Below, piece after piece: positions 25,652 through 38,056 of a DNA stretch of 64,000 nucleotides (position 1 is its first letter; each line of letters opens with the position of its first letter). Origin of the DNA: Eledone cirrhosa (lineage: Eukaryota); contig OZ024740.1 in the NCBI GenBank assembly GCA_964016885.1, forward strand, positions 248,062,001 to 248,126,000, written 5' to 3'. The translations under genes and the position numbers were made by a program. The notes below the pieces were generated by a model. That model was not told where the DNA came from. It searched no databases and saw only the letters and a list, made by a program, of their open reading frames with translations.

Positions 25652-26333
25652 ATATTTATTAAAATAACAGATTAAAGTTTAAGCAAAGAATCGCTGCTTT
25701 CACCCTTAACGGGATCTTCTGAAACTAAAAAAGTCAATCTGTGAACGCAGGAGTAAATATTTCAAAAACCGTTGCAACCGAAGGAAGACAGGAAAATGAT
25801 ACTTTGTTTCGTGGAAACGTTCCCTGGCAAAGAACGGAAAAAAACGAAAATAATACGTCATTATTTGGTGCAGTGAAAACAATTACACGCGAAGACAAAA
25901 CCACGTTTATGGTATAAATGAAGTCGTAGACTAATATTCTATTAGGTGGTTCATGGAGACGTTCTCTGGCAATGAACGGAAAAGACATATTATCTTCGTT
26001 TTTTTCCGTTCATTGCCAGAGAACGTTTTCATGAACCACCTAATATAATATTAGTCTACGACTTCATTTATAACATAAATGTGGTTTTGTCTTCGCGTGT
26101 AATTGTTTTCACTGCACCAAATAATGACGTATTATTTTCGTTTTTTTCCGTTCTTTGCCAGGGAACGTTTCCACGAACCAAAGTATCGTCTTCCTGTCTT
26201 CCTTCGGTTGCAACGGTTTTTGAAATATATACTCCTGCGTTCACAGATTGACTTTTTTAGTTTCAGAAGATCCCGTTAAGGGTGAAAGCAGCGATTCTTT
26301 GCTTAAACTTTAATCTGTTATTTTAATAAATAT
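25652..26333. repeat. ~680-bp fold-back element (arms ~333 bp, ~16-nt spacer) with a CAGAAGA-core HHR in each arm
   Basis: 25652-25984 is the near-exact reverse complement of 26001-26333. The terminal segment recurs at 38228, 46728 and 51275. Confidence 0.9.
26259..26309 (+). ncRNA. Hammerhead-like RNA with variant core CAGAAGA (mirror at 25676-25726; further minus-strand copies at 38244-38294, 46744-46794, 51294-51344)
   Basis: agttt-CAGAAGA-tccc/gttaa/gggt-GAAA-gca..tgc-TT-aaact; stems I, II and III are all present. Confidence 0.6.
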
Positions 26334-26419
26334 TTGCTCTACGGTTCTTATATATCTGATATATATTTATCCTTATCGAGCTCTCTTTGGATTTTAGTCT
26401 TCAAATTTATTATTATTAC

Positions 26420-26472
<53 letters not shown>

Positions 26473-26540
26473 AAGTATATAAATATATATATTATATATA
26501 TATATCTATATTATGTTTAAGCAAAGAATCGCTGCTTTTA

Positions 26541-29500
26541 TATTGAAGAGATAAGACACTTTCCCATTCTTCTCTGCTAAAATGTATCACTAGAGTTGAT
26601 TCCAATTTTTCCAGCCATCCATCTAATCTACGAAGGTATTTTAGCCTACATATTGTTGTTAATATTATGATGTTCCCTGCTGTATTAGCGTTAAATTTTC
26701 CCTGCTGTATTAGCGATAAATTTTCGAGGGTTTCTCTTAGTAGTTTTTCATGACGTTATTATTGTTAATTTTACTGATGTAGTATTAACTTGGATATTTA
26801 CCATGCGGTATTCTAATCCTATTGTATCTCTCTCAGTTATTTACCATGCGACCCTCAGTTCCTACCCCCCCCCCCCCCTCTCTATGCACTTCTTTAAGGC
26901 TTACTACCCTGTCTTTAACCTAATTCATTCAATCTGAAAATATTGAAGAGATAAGACACTTTCCCATTCTTCTCTGCTAAAATGTATCACTAGAGTTGAT
27001 TCCAATTTTTCCAGCCATCCATCTAATCTACGAAGGTATTTTAGCCTACATATTGTTGTTAATATTATGATGTTCCCTGCTGTATTAAATTTTCGAGGGT
27101 TTCTCTTAGTAGTTTTTCATGACACTGATGTAGTATTATCTTGGATATTTACCATGCGGTATTCTAATCCTATTGTATCTCTCTCAGTTATTTACCATGC
27201 GACCCTCAGTTCCTACCTCACAATTTCCCTCCCCCCCCCACCCCCACACACCACCATAGTCTATTCGACCAATCAAACCTAGCATGCCATTTCCACTGCT
27301 GCTGCTACTACCTGCCTAACTAACTCCTCTGGCGCATCCCAACACACCCTGCCATTACCCCACCACCACTGTTCTTCTAGCCCTCATATTTCCCACCGTT
27401 ATGGATGGATGAGCTGGGAATACACGAGCAACTCTGAATCAATAGATGAAATATGAATCTGCGAGCTACCAAGCACCCACGTGAAGCGCCAACCCAGAGA
27501 CGCTCCCCTACGAGTGTCGACAAATGCCCAAAACTCCGAGTTGGTACCATCAATGTAGGCTCAATGAAAGGAAGAGCAGGAGAAATCGTAGAAATGCTAG
27601 AGCGAAAGGAAGTTGATGTATGCTGTGTGCAAGAGACTAGATGGAGAGGAGGGTCTGCTAGAGTCCTTGTAGGAAAAAGCTAGTGCTACAAATTTTTCTG
27701 GGTGGGAAATGACGATGGGATGGGTGGTGTAGGTATACTATTAGCTGACAAGTGGGTAGATAAAGTAATCTCAGTGTACAGGGTAAATGCAAGAATCATT
27801 AAACTCAGACTAGTCCTGAATAAGACAATTACCACAATAATATCAGCTTACGCACCCCAATCGGGGCTGCCAGACGAACTTAAGGATAGGTTTTACGAGT
27901 CCCTAATACACACTACTGCTCTAACAGACGACAAGGACTTCCTAATCATTGCAGGAGATTTTAACGGACACGTAGGTAAACACTGCGACGGCTTCAATAG
28001 AGTACATGGAGGCCATGGAGTTGGCACAAGGAATGAGGAAGGATTCAGACTTCTAGAATTCTGCGACGCCAATGACATGTCGATATGTAACACAAACTTT
28101 AAAAAACCCGACAACCACCTGATCACCTATAGATCAGGGGAGCACTCTAGTCAGTTAGATTTTATCCTCATCAGAGGACGTGACAGATGGACGGTCGTAA
28201 ACACAAAAGCCTTCCCTAGTGAGGAATGTACATCCCAACATAGCTTAGTTGTCAGTGACCTCACGGTCAGAACTAGACAAGCCCTGAAACAGAGGCCAAC
28301 CTGGAGAAGAAAGATCTGGAAGCTGAAAGTCCCCTCAACCAGTAACAGATTTAAAGATATTTTACTCAACGCCTACGACAGTAAAGAAGAACAGATAGAG
28401 ACATTTAACGTAGAAGAGAACTGGGAGTTCCTAAAAAATAACTTACTAGAGGCGACGGATGAGGTTTGTGGCTGGAGTAAGACCTCAAGCAGGAGGAGAG
28501 TGACTTGGTGGTGGAACAATAAGGTAGATGAAGCAGTCAAGGCCAAGAGACAGGCATGGAAAGAATGGAAGAACGGGGGGAGCAGGGTACATTACATAGA
28601 GACCAAGAGGGAAGCTAGGCGACAAGTATACTTAGCTAGGAGGGAAGCAGAGGATAGAAAATTCAAGCATGTTTTACAACGTGAGGACCAGAAACAGGAG
28701 GTATTCAAGATTGCGAGGCAGTGTGTCAGAGATAGTTGTGTTGTCATTGGAGAGAAGTGTATCCGGAATGATAAAGGTGAGCTTGCCCTCACAAGTGCTG
28801 AAAAGAAAGATGCATGGAAGAGTCATTATGATAGATTACTAAATGAGGAGAATGCATGGGAAGAAGAGACCCTACCCCACGTAGACCCTATAGAGGGACC
28901 AGCAGTACAAGTCAGCGGCAGCGTAGTAAGTAAGGCAATCAGAGATATGAAGATAGGGAAGGCAACCGGTCCATCGGGTATAGCTGCCGAGATGCTGAAG
29001 GCATCTGGGTCTGTAGGTCACACTATAACCACACGTATCGTTAACCAGGTAATACTAGAGGGGGCCATACCAAAAGATTGGTGCAGTAGCATCATTGTCA
29101 ACTGCTACAAAGGTAAAGGCGATGCACTAGATAGAGGAAACTATAGAGGTATAAAGTTGATGGACCAGGTCATGAAAGTAACAGAAAGAGTTATAGCACA
29201 GCTGATTAGGGACCGGGTGAATATAGACGAGATGCAATTTGGGTTTGTACCAGGGAAAGGCACCACTGATGCCCTCTTCCTTGTGAGGCAATTACAGGAA
29301 AAGTACCTAGCTAAAAGTAAGCCACTCTACTTGGCATTTGTCGACCTTGAGAAAGCCTTTGACAGAGTTCCACGTGCAGTAATCTGGTGGGCTCTTAGAA
29401 AACTAGGAGTAGATGAATGGCTTGTGAAAGCGGTACAAGCCATGTATAGGGGAGCAGTCAGCAAAGTTAGGATTGGCAATGAGTATAGCGAGGAATTTAG

Positions 29501-30870
29501 CGTACAGGTTGGGGTCCACCAGGGCTCTGTTCTTAGCCCTCTCCTGTTCATCATAGTCCTGCAGGCAATAACGGAGGAGTTTAAGACCGGATGCCCATGG
29601 GAACTCCTGTATGCTGATGACCTCGCACTCATAGCTGAATCTATGGTAGAACTAGAGAATAAATTCCAAACCTGGAAGCAGGGACTAGAGAGAAAGGGCC
29701 TCAAAGTCAACATGACAAAGACTAAGGTCCTTATAAGTAGACGAGAAAACAGAACCCAGATCCCCTCAGGGAAATGGCCTTGCTCAGTATGTAGGAAAGG
29801 TGTAGGTAGGAACTCCATTCTCTGCCCCAAATGCAAACAATGGGTACACAAGAGATGTAGCGGGATCTCAGGAAGCTTAATTAAGAATGTAGGATTCACA
29901 TGCAGCAGCTGTGCTGAAACAGCAAGCAGCAAACAGCCACAGGAAACAAGTACCACCAATCTCTGGGAGGGCCCTGTAGAAACAGTAGACAGCTTCTGCT
30001 ACCTAGGTGACCGAATTAGCAACGGAGGTGGGTGCTCAGAAAGTACAATAACTAGGGTAAGAACGGGATGGAAGAAGTTTAGGGAACTACTACCACTGCT
30101 AGCTGCAAAAGGCTTCTCCCTCAGAATGAAAGGCAGACTGTATGATGCGTGTATCCGAACAGCGATGTTGCATGGTAGTGAGACCTGGGCGCTGAAGGTG
30201 GAAGACTTACGTAGATTAGAGAGAAACGAAGCCTGCATGCTCCGATGGATGTGTAACAGTAATATACGTGAACGACAAAGCATAAAGGAATTGAGAGAGA
30301 GACTGAGCAAAAGAGGAATCAAATGCTGCGTGCAGGAGAGGCGGTTACGCTGGTATGGACATGTGATGCGTATGAAGGATGACAGCTGCATAAAAAGGTG
30401 CAGAGCACTAGAAGTTGATGGAAACCGCGGAGTGGGGAGACCCAAGATGACCTGGGATGAGGTGATAAAAGCCGACCTTACCCAACTACACCTCTCAAAG
30501 TCAATGACACACGACCGTGACTTCTGGCGTCACGCAGTAATACAGGGTACCCGACCTCCCATGGGTACATGCTGAAGCATATAAACAATATGCCCCCCCA
30601 GCGCAAGGTAGTCGTGGAGGTGCCACGGCAAAAAAGCACCCAGCCCACACTGTAAAGTGGACGTGTAGGCGCCACGAAAAAGCACCCAGCACTCACTGTA
30701 AATGAGGTTGGTGTTAGGAAGGGCATCCAGCTGTAGAAATCAAGCCAGATCAGTTCCTGTATGAGCAAAGCATGGTCAGCCGACCAGACACTGCCCACAA
30801 CAGGACAACCCGTCTAACCCATGCTAGCGTGGAAGAACGGACGTAAAACGGTGATGATGATGATGATGAT
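26541..30870 (+). mobile_element. Full-length RTE LINE (subfamily A) with duplicated 5'UTR and one nonsense mutation
   Basis: ORF 27453-30575 is interrupted only by TAG at 27681-27683 (CAG in the sister copy). 5' segment 26541-26866 is repeated at about 26941-27218. (GAT)n tail. Confidence 0.95.
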
Positions 30871-33800
30871 AGGATAACGATAAATCTTTAAAGGTAATCA
30901 GATAAGAGTCTATGAAAACTACTTATTATGGACAGTTTAAGCGTACGGTGCTGTGTGACTCAACAAGAAGTTTACGTTGGTGACGATTTTATGACTTCGC
31001 TTGTATTCCTATGTAAATATATCTTGGAGTAATAAAAAAGTGAAGAATAACATGGTTGACAGTACAAATTTCCATGACAGAATTGTCTATAAATTGCTAA
31101 ATACTGGAGACAGTATAAATCAATTTACAAAATATCTAAGTTTAATCATTTCATCAGAGACTATTAAGAAATATAAAATATATGTGTAACGGTAAATTTA
31201 AAAAATTCAAATTACTACATCAATAATAGTATTAATAATAAATAAATAAAGGAAGGGGGACAGATGGAAATGAGAGAGAAGGAAAGAAAATGACGAAAGA
31301 AGGAACGAAGATATAGTTAAATGTATAACCGGCAAAAGTTACGAAATCAAACTATCACATCAAAAGAAATATAATTTTAATAATAATAAAGATATATATA
31401 GAAAGAGAGAAGGAGGGGATATAGCATAGGCAAAGAGGAAGGATAAGTAAGGAAGATGAGAAAGAAATAGAGGAAGATTAAGAGGGATGAGGGAGCAGAG
31501 GAGGATAGAAATTAGTCGTGAATATGGGGATATGAAGAAGAGAGAAAAGAAACATACGGACGAATATACATTACTATGTAAAATAGCTAGTTTGAGATGT
31601 ATTATATTATAGGATAAAATTATCGATATAAAGTATGTTTAAGTGGAGAAATACAAAGACAAATGGTGAAAGGTGTATATATACAAGATAATAAATGATG
31701 TAAATTCAAATAAAAATTAAAATAATGATGTTAATACAAATGTTTTTAAGTTATTCTTACGTAATTTGAAGCTTGTGATAATTTGATATCGTAATAAGTG
31801 CTAAAGGTATAACAAGGAATAAGGAGTAGAAAATGGAGTTAAGTTGGTCTAAATTTCAGGAACTTCGATGCTGATTTATGCTGGCAAAAGATAGTTCGCT
31901 CAATTCTGCTGTTAAGAAGGGTTTTACGAAAATTAAGAATTTGGAAGAGCTCCATATTACAGAGCCTACAATGGGACATACCAGTTTGATAGGCTTTAGC
32001 AGTTGACAGTATTATTTTCCAGCTGATCTCGTATTTAATGCCTGCATTCTTGAGTTGCCATATTTTATTGGCAAGAGTTGTTGTATTTGATTGATTCTTA
32101 TTAATCATACCACCGTTTTTTTAAAACACCAGCTGTGGAACCAATGTAATACCATGCCAAGCTACCTGAGTTGATAGTACACGAGTATACTATGTTTTTC
32201 TCAAGGCATCTGTTTAGTAGAGGGCAATTGCCAGGTAAGTGGCAATTGCATAGAAATGCTTTCCTATGCGCCGGTTCTACTATATGATTTTGAAGATTGT
32301 TATGTATGGGCTGCGAATTAGGTTTGTTGGTGTATTGTGATGGTGTTCTTTGGCGTGTATTTGGTTGCGATGATGTAATATGTGTGTATTCTGTATTTGG
32401 TGATATGGAACTTATCTGGGGGCTACATTGATTATGAATTCTTATGTAGTTAATTTTGTGAATGTGCGATTCTATGTTGTTAGCAGTGGAGTATGATAGT
32501 TTGATAGTTTTTCTATTAAAGATTTTATGATATTTATGTATTTTAGGGAAGTGTTTGTCAACTAATTTAAAGAAAGTGAGAGGGAGCTTAGTTTTAATAG
32601 AGGAGTTAAACATTGGATTAAACCATAAGTAGTTTCTATTTCTGTATCTCCTATGTCCGCTAGTGGTATTCGTATTAGCATTTTGTTTATTTAAATTAGG
32701 TATATGCTGCCTATTTATGCGTTTAGACCTAGGTTTGTTGATTCTATGGTTGTGGGATGTATCGTTACCAATAAGTGTGTTGTTATTTTTTGTATCAGGT
32801 ATGTATTTGAGTCGTTCTTTATGGCCTGCCTTATGTAAAGCTAAGTTGTAGTAGCTAGCGTGTTCATTAAAAAATTCATGGTTAGAAGATAGGCGCGAGA
32901 TTCGAAGGGATATACTATGCGCTATGGAGTTAATTATGGATCTAGGATGGTTCGAATTATAGTCAATGTAAGCTAAATGTTCATTATTTTTATGGAAGGG
33001 TTCTATTAGTCCTGAGTTAAGGTTAAACGATACGTCCAAGAAGTTGACTTTTTTAGAGTTGGGTTCAAAAGTAATGCTTAGGCCTAAGTTATTAAATAAT
33101 TTTCTAATTTTCTTCCTTAATCTTTCTAAGTTTTGGCTATTTACGTTTCTAGCTAAAAGTAGAGTATCATCTCTATAGATTCCACCTTGTAAGTTACCAA
33201 ATTCCCTATGTAAGAAATATGCTATATAAATTCCAACCAAGTCTGTGATCTGGGCTGAGTCGTTCGATCCCATAGTAATATTGAAGTTATTGAGTCTATT
33301 TTTTCTCTCCCAGTAGCTGTTGTCGAATTTAATGATAGTTCGTCTAGTGGCTAGTATTATTTCAATTGCATCTGTTGAAAGATCCGAATGATTTGGGGCA
33401 AAGGATAATGCCTTATTAAGGGTGACTGGGGAGATAGAAAAGTAGTAGTCATTTATGTCAAATTGTATAAAGTCGGACGATTCTTTATTGTCTAATGAGT
33501 TGAACCAGTCTATTGCTTCACTTGTGTTACCCCAGAGCTTGATAGTTAGTTGTTTCTTAATTTGTGGTAATATTCTATCTAGTATAAACTTACTAATTCT
33601 ACCTATATCTGATTTTGAAGGACATATCAATCTAATAGTAGGGTTGGTTTCGAAGTTACATTTATGATCTTTCAGATTAAAAGTGGGTTCACAAGGTGTA
33701 AGAGGCTCGGTTCTATCGGATATTTTAAGTTTTTTTACTATGTTAATGCTTTTGAGTGTAGACTCAAAGTTTTCTTGTATTTTTATGTAATTCGCGACGT

Positions 33801-34785
33801 ATAAAATTGTTGATGTTTTATCTGCTTTTACAATGATACCATTAGTGGCACGTAATTTTCTTATAAGTACATTGATGTTGTTCTGTAGTTTGTTGTGGTG
33901 GGTACATTTTTTGAATTTAATTTCCTTTATCATGTTCATGAGATCAAGTTCAAAGGCATCAGGATGTGGATTGCCTGGTGTGTTTTTGCAGGATTTGAAT
34001 CCATATTTTTCGCTGGTAGATCCATTAATTCGATCACCATTATTATGTCCTTTATCGTAATGATATGCTTTCCATCTGATTCTACGGATAAAGTCATTGG
34101 TTCTTTGTATCATACCGAGCATATATTCCTTATTTGTAGGCATAGGTATGTTTTTAGGGACATACCTATATAGTGTTTTTCCATGTTAATGCAGTGCACA
34201 AAATTGGTTGCTCAAACCGATGGGAGCTTGGTATGTAGGATAACGATAAATCATTAAAGGTAATCCGATAAGAGGCTATGAAAACTACTTATTATGGACA
34301 GTTTAAGCGTATGGTGCTGTGTGACTCAACAAGAAGTTTATGTTGGTGACGATTTTATGACTTCGCTTGTATTCCTATGTAGATATATATCTTGGAGTAA
34401 CACAAAAGTGAAGAATAACATGGAGTAATAAAAAAAGTGAAGAATAACATGGACTTTTGCTGGTTATACATTTAACTATATCTTCGTTCCTTCTTTCGTC
34501 ATTTTCTTTCTTTCTCTCTCATTTCCCTCTGTCCCACTTCCTTTATTTATTTATCATTAATACTATTATTGATGTAGTAATTTGAATTTTTTTAATTTAC
34601 CGTTACGCATATATTTTATATTTCTTAATAGTCTCTGATGAAATGATTCAACTTAGATTTATTGTAAATTGAGTTATACTGTCTCCAGTATTTAGCAATT
34701 TATAGACAATTCTATCATGGAAGCAATTGTAAGACTGTAAATAAATTTCCTTGTTTGTACTGTCAACCATGTTATTCTTCACTTT
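30871..34785 (-). mobile_element. Penelope-like element (Nematis-like), RT plus C-terminal GIY-YIG, with direct pseudo-LTR and inverted 5' repeat
   Basis: ORFs 32101-34143 (MGSNDSAQ, GGIYRDD, FLDV, CNC..CPL..IVY..YIG) and 31839-32108. 30871-31055 is directly repeated at 34237-34452. 31036-31340 is inverted at 34453-34785. Confidence 0.92.
34629..34737 (+). ncRNA. Type I hammerhead with ~80-nt stem II
   Basis: tagtct-CTGATGA-aatga...tcatg-GAAG-caattg-TA-agactg (GAAA in the 31070 copy). Confidence 0.65.
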
Positions 34786-34809
34786 TATATATATATATAT
34801 ATATATAGG

Positions 34810-35567
34810 GAGTGTAACTTGGAGTTACTGTGAGCACTTGATGTTTAGGTTCACTTCTGTGTTGAGGTTTAGAGCTATACAGAGTGTAATATATTGAAAG
34901 GATAACAAGGACGATGGGCTGTGGTGTGGGGGTGGCAGATTGACTTTCGCCTGTAGTGTATGTGGGGGTGGATGTGATGATAAGATGGTGGTGACGGTCG
35001 CTGACTGGGATGGGTTGTGGTGTGGGGGCAGTGGATTGTCGGTAGACAGGTTGGCGCATATTTGTGGCTGGTTATTGTGTGGGGTGTGGTTGTGGTGTTG
35101 TTGTTTATGGTAGTGGCATTTGTGGTGGTGTGGTGGATGTGTTGGTGGTGTCAATTCCATGGGGAGATACATATCTAAACACTCTTCGTCTGACAAATAC
35201 GTTGTATATATATACATACGCATATGTAGACATATATACATACACACCTATATACACACCCATACACGCGCCCACATACATCCACACGTACATATATCTA
35301 TATGCATATATACACACATATATATGGGCACTCGCATGTGTGGATATATAAAACAACTCATATTGTACAACTTATGAACTTCTGACTTTATCACATAGCA
35401 TGTATTCATTTTCTTATACCAATTTAAAGGGTCCGTCGAGCTGCCAATTATAGAGTCGGGTAAGATCGATACAGATCGAACCTTGAGCTGATCAGTGGCG
35501 AAACATGCGTCACCTACCAATAAATGTTATGAAGGCGTAACCAATCGTCCTTGTTATCCTTTCAATA

Positions 35568-35568
<1 letters not shown>
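34810..35568 (+). mobile_element. PLE-terminus-like remnant with degenerate HHR (35429-35515) and short inverted end
   Basis: gggt-CCGTCGA-gctgcca..tggc-GAAA-catgcg-TC-acct. atcgtccttgttatcctttcaatat (35544-35568) is inverted at about 34890-34915. Confidence 0.45.
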
Positions 35569-35622
<54 letters not shown>

Positions 35623-35821
35623 TAAAATAACAGATCAAAGTTTAAGCAAAGAATCGCTGCTTATATATATTGATATATATTTTATCCTTATCAAGCCCTC
35701 TTTGGATTTTAGTCTTCAAATTTATTATTATTACTATATATATATAAATAAATAAGTATATATATATGTATATATATTATATATATATATTATATATATA
35801 TATATATTATATATATATATT

Positions 35822-37390
35822 ATCATCAACGTTTAACGTCTATCTTCCACGCTACCATGGGTTTAGACGGGAATTGTCCTACTTGAGGCAAGATTGGTCG
35901 GGTGACCATGTCTTACTCGTATAGGGCTGTCTGGCAGGTTTTCTACAGCTGGATGCCCTTCCTAACACCAACCACGTTTACAGTGTGGAACTGGGAAGTT
36001 TTTACCATGTTACCTACACAGCCACATTATAGCATGGACTGTGTGTTTTTGTCGTGACACCTACACGACCTCATTTATTTTAGACTGTATATTGTGGTAC
36101 CAACTTTACAGGGAAAGGGTGGTGTTGGTGGGAGTAGAGGTAGTGGGATGGGGGTGTATATTTGGTTAAGAGGTGCCTACTGACTGTAGGTTTCACTTTG
36201 TACTTAGGCAAGGCGGGTCTTCTGTATTTCTGCATAGCGCCAAAGCTCTCGGTCCAGTGACATAGATTCGAGAGGTGTAAATGTTTGAGGTCGGACTTTA
36301 TCAAATCGTCCCAGGTTTTTCTGGGTCTACCTACTCTGTAACTTCCATCAATTTTGATCGCCCTGCCCTTTTTCCTCTTATTCCTCTTTTTCCTGCACTG
36401 ATCCCTCTTATTCCTAATTTCTCACTTAGTTGATTTATGCTTTGCCTTTCACGTATATTACTATTACACATCCAACGGAGCATGGATACTTCATTCCTCT
36501 CCAGTCTGCGCAGATCTTCTGCACACAATGCCCATGTCTCACTGCCATGTAACATTGCTGTTCATACATAGGCATCATACAATCTGCCTTTCATTTTTAG
36601 AGGGAAACCTTTAGTGGTCAATAGTCGTATAAGCTCTCTGAACTTTTTCCATCCCGTTCTGACTCTGGCTACTGTACTTTCAGAGCACCCTCACTACTGC
36701 TGATTTTGTCACCCAGGTAACGGAAGGTGTCCACTATTTCAATAGAACCATCTGTGCAATAGAAGGAGCTAGTATCCTGTGGGCACTTGCTACTTATTGC
36801 ACCTCAGCATCGGCCACATATAAAATGTTCGTTCTTAGATAGCTTACCTGTGATCCCACTACATCTTTTATGTACCCATAGTTTGCATTTGGGACATAAT
36901 ATGGAATTTCTGCCTACTCCTTTCCTACACACTGAGCATGGCCATTTGCCAGAGGGTACCTGTACCTTATTTTCCTTTCTATATACTAGAACTTTAGTCT
37001 TAGACAAGTTAACTTTAAGGCCTTTTAATTTTAGGCCATGCTTCCATGTTTAGAATTTCTTCTCTAGTTCGGCCATGGATTCAGCCATGAGAGTTAGATC
37101 ATATGCGTATAGAAGTTCCATGGGCAGCCGGTCTTGAAACTCCTCTGTTATAGCCTGAAGGGCAATAATAAATAGGAGTGGGCTAAGGACAGAGCCCTGA
37201 TGAACACCAACTTTTATGCTAAATTCTTCACTATATTCGTTGTTAATTCTAACCTTTCTTTATACATGGCTTGTATAGCTCTCACAAACCATTCATCAAC
37301 ACCTAGTTTTCTAAGAGCCCACCAGATAATGGAGCGGGGGACTCTGTCAAAGGCTTTCTCCAAGTCAACAAAAGCTAAGTATAGGGGTCA
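35822..37390 (-). mobile_element. 5'-truncated decayed RTE LINE with PHD segment
   Basis: CSVCRKGVGRNSILCPKCKLWVHKRC and MLHGSETW; RTE 3'UTR; (TA)n flanks. Confidence 0.9.
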
Positions 37391-37440
37391 TATATAAAAA
37401 TAGGGGTTATATATATAAATAAATATGTATATATATATAT

Positions 37441-37995
37441 ACATCATCATTATCAGGTCGAGCTTGCTCGGCTTTCTACGACACGTTTCCTCCATCCATC
37501 TCCGTCTCTCATAACGTCTGCCAGTTCTTCCGCAGTGCATCCTCAAGTTGCTTGAGACGACCAGCGTTTCTTGCTCCATGAGATGGACTCCATAACAACA
37601 CATCACCTGCTATTTCTTCCTTGCTGCGCCAACAGTGGCCAGCAAATCTGAGTCTCTGTCCACATATTGACCTGCGATATAATCAAGCAAGTTGACGACT
37701 TCAAATACCTGGGTAACTATATCGCCTCCACAGAACATGATGTTAACATCAGACTGGGAAAAGCCTGGGGAGCATTGAATGCAATGGAAAAGATATGGAA
37801 ATCAAACCTGCCAGCCAAACTGAAAAGGAATTTCTTCAGAGCTGCTGTGGAATCTGTGCTTATTTATGGCTCTATCACTTGGACGCTAACATCGAAACTG
37901 GAGAAAAAGCTAGACGGGGCATACACACGTATGCTCCGCGCTGCTTTAAACAGGTCTTGGAGGCAACACGCAACAAATAAGGATCTCTATGGCAA
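37441..37995. mobile_element. Short insertion of a different RTE-like LINE with 5' inversion
   Basis: 37441-37665 (minus) carries RLRFAGHCWR and a gatgat tail. 37667-37995 (plus) carries the upstream part [23 protein letters not shown]. Confidence 0.75.
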
Positions 37996-38056
37996 TATAT
38001 ATATGTATATTATATATATATATTATATATATAAATAAGTATATAATATATATATA

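Noticed and set aside
27681-27683. Programmed stop-codon readthrough or two-ORF organisation in RTE-A
   Set aside because: The sister copy has CAG at this position, so it is a private nonsense mutation.
22082-30798. Antisense ORFs repeated across the LINE copies
   Set aside because: Shadow frames of the RTE ORF, recurring only because the copies are nearly identical.
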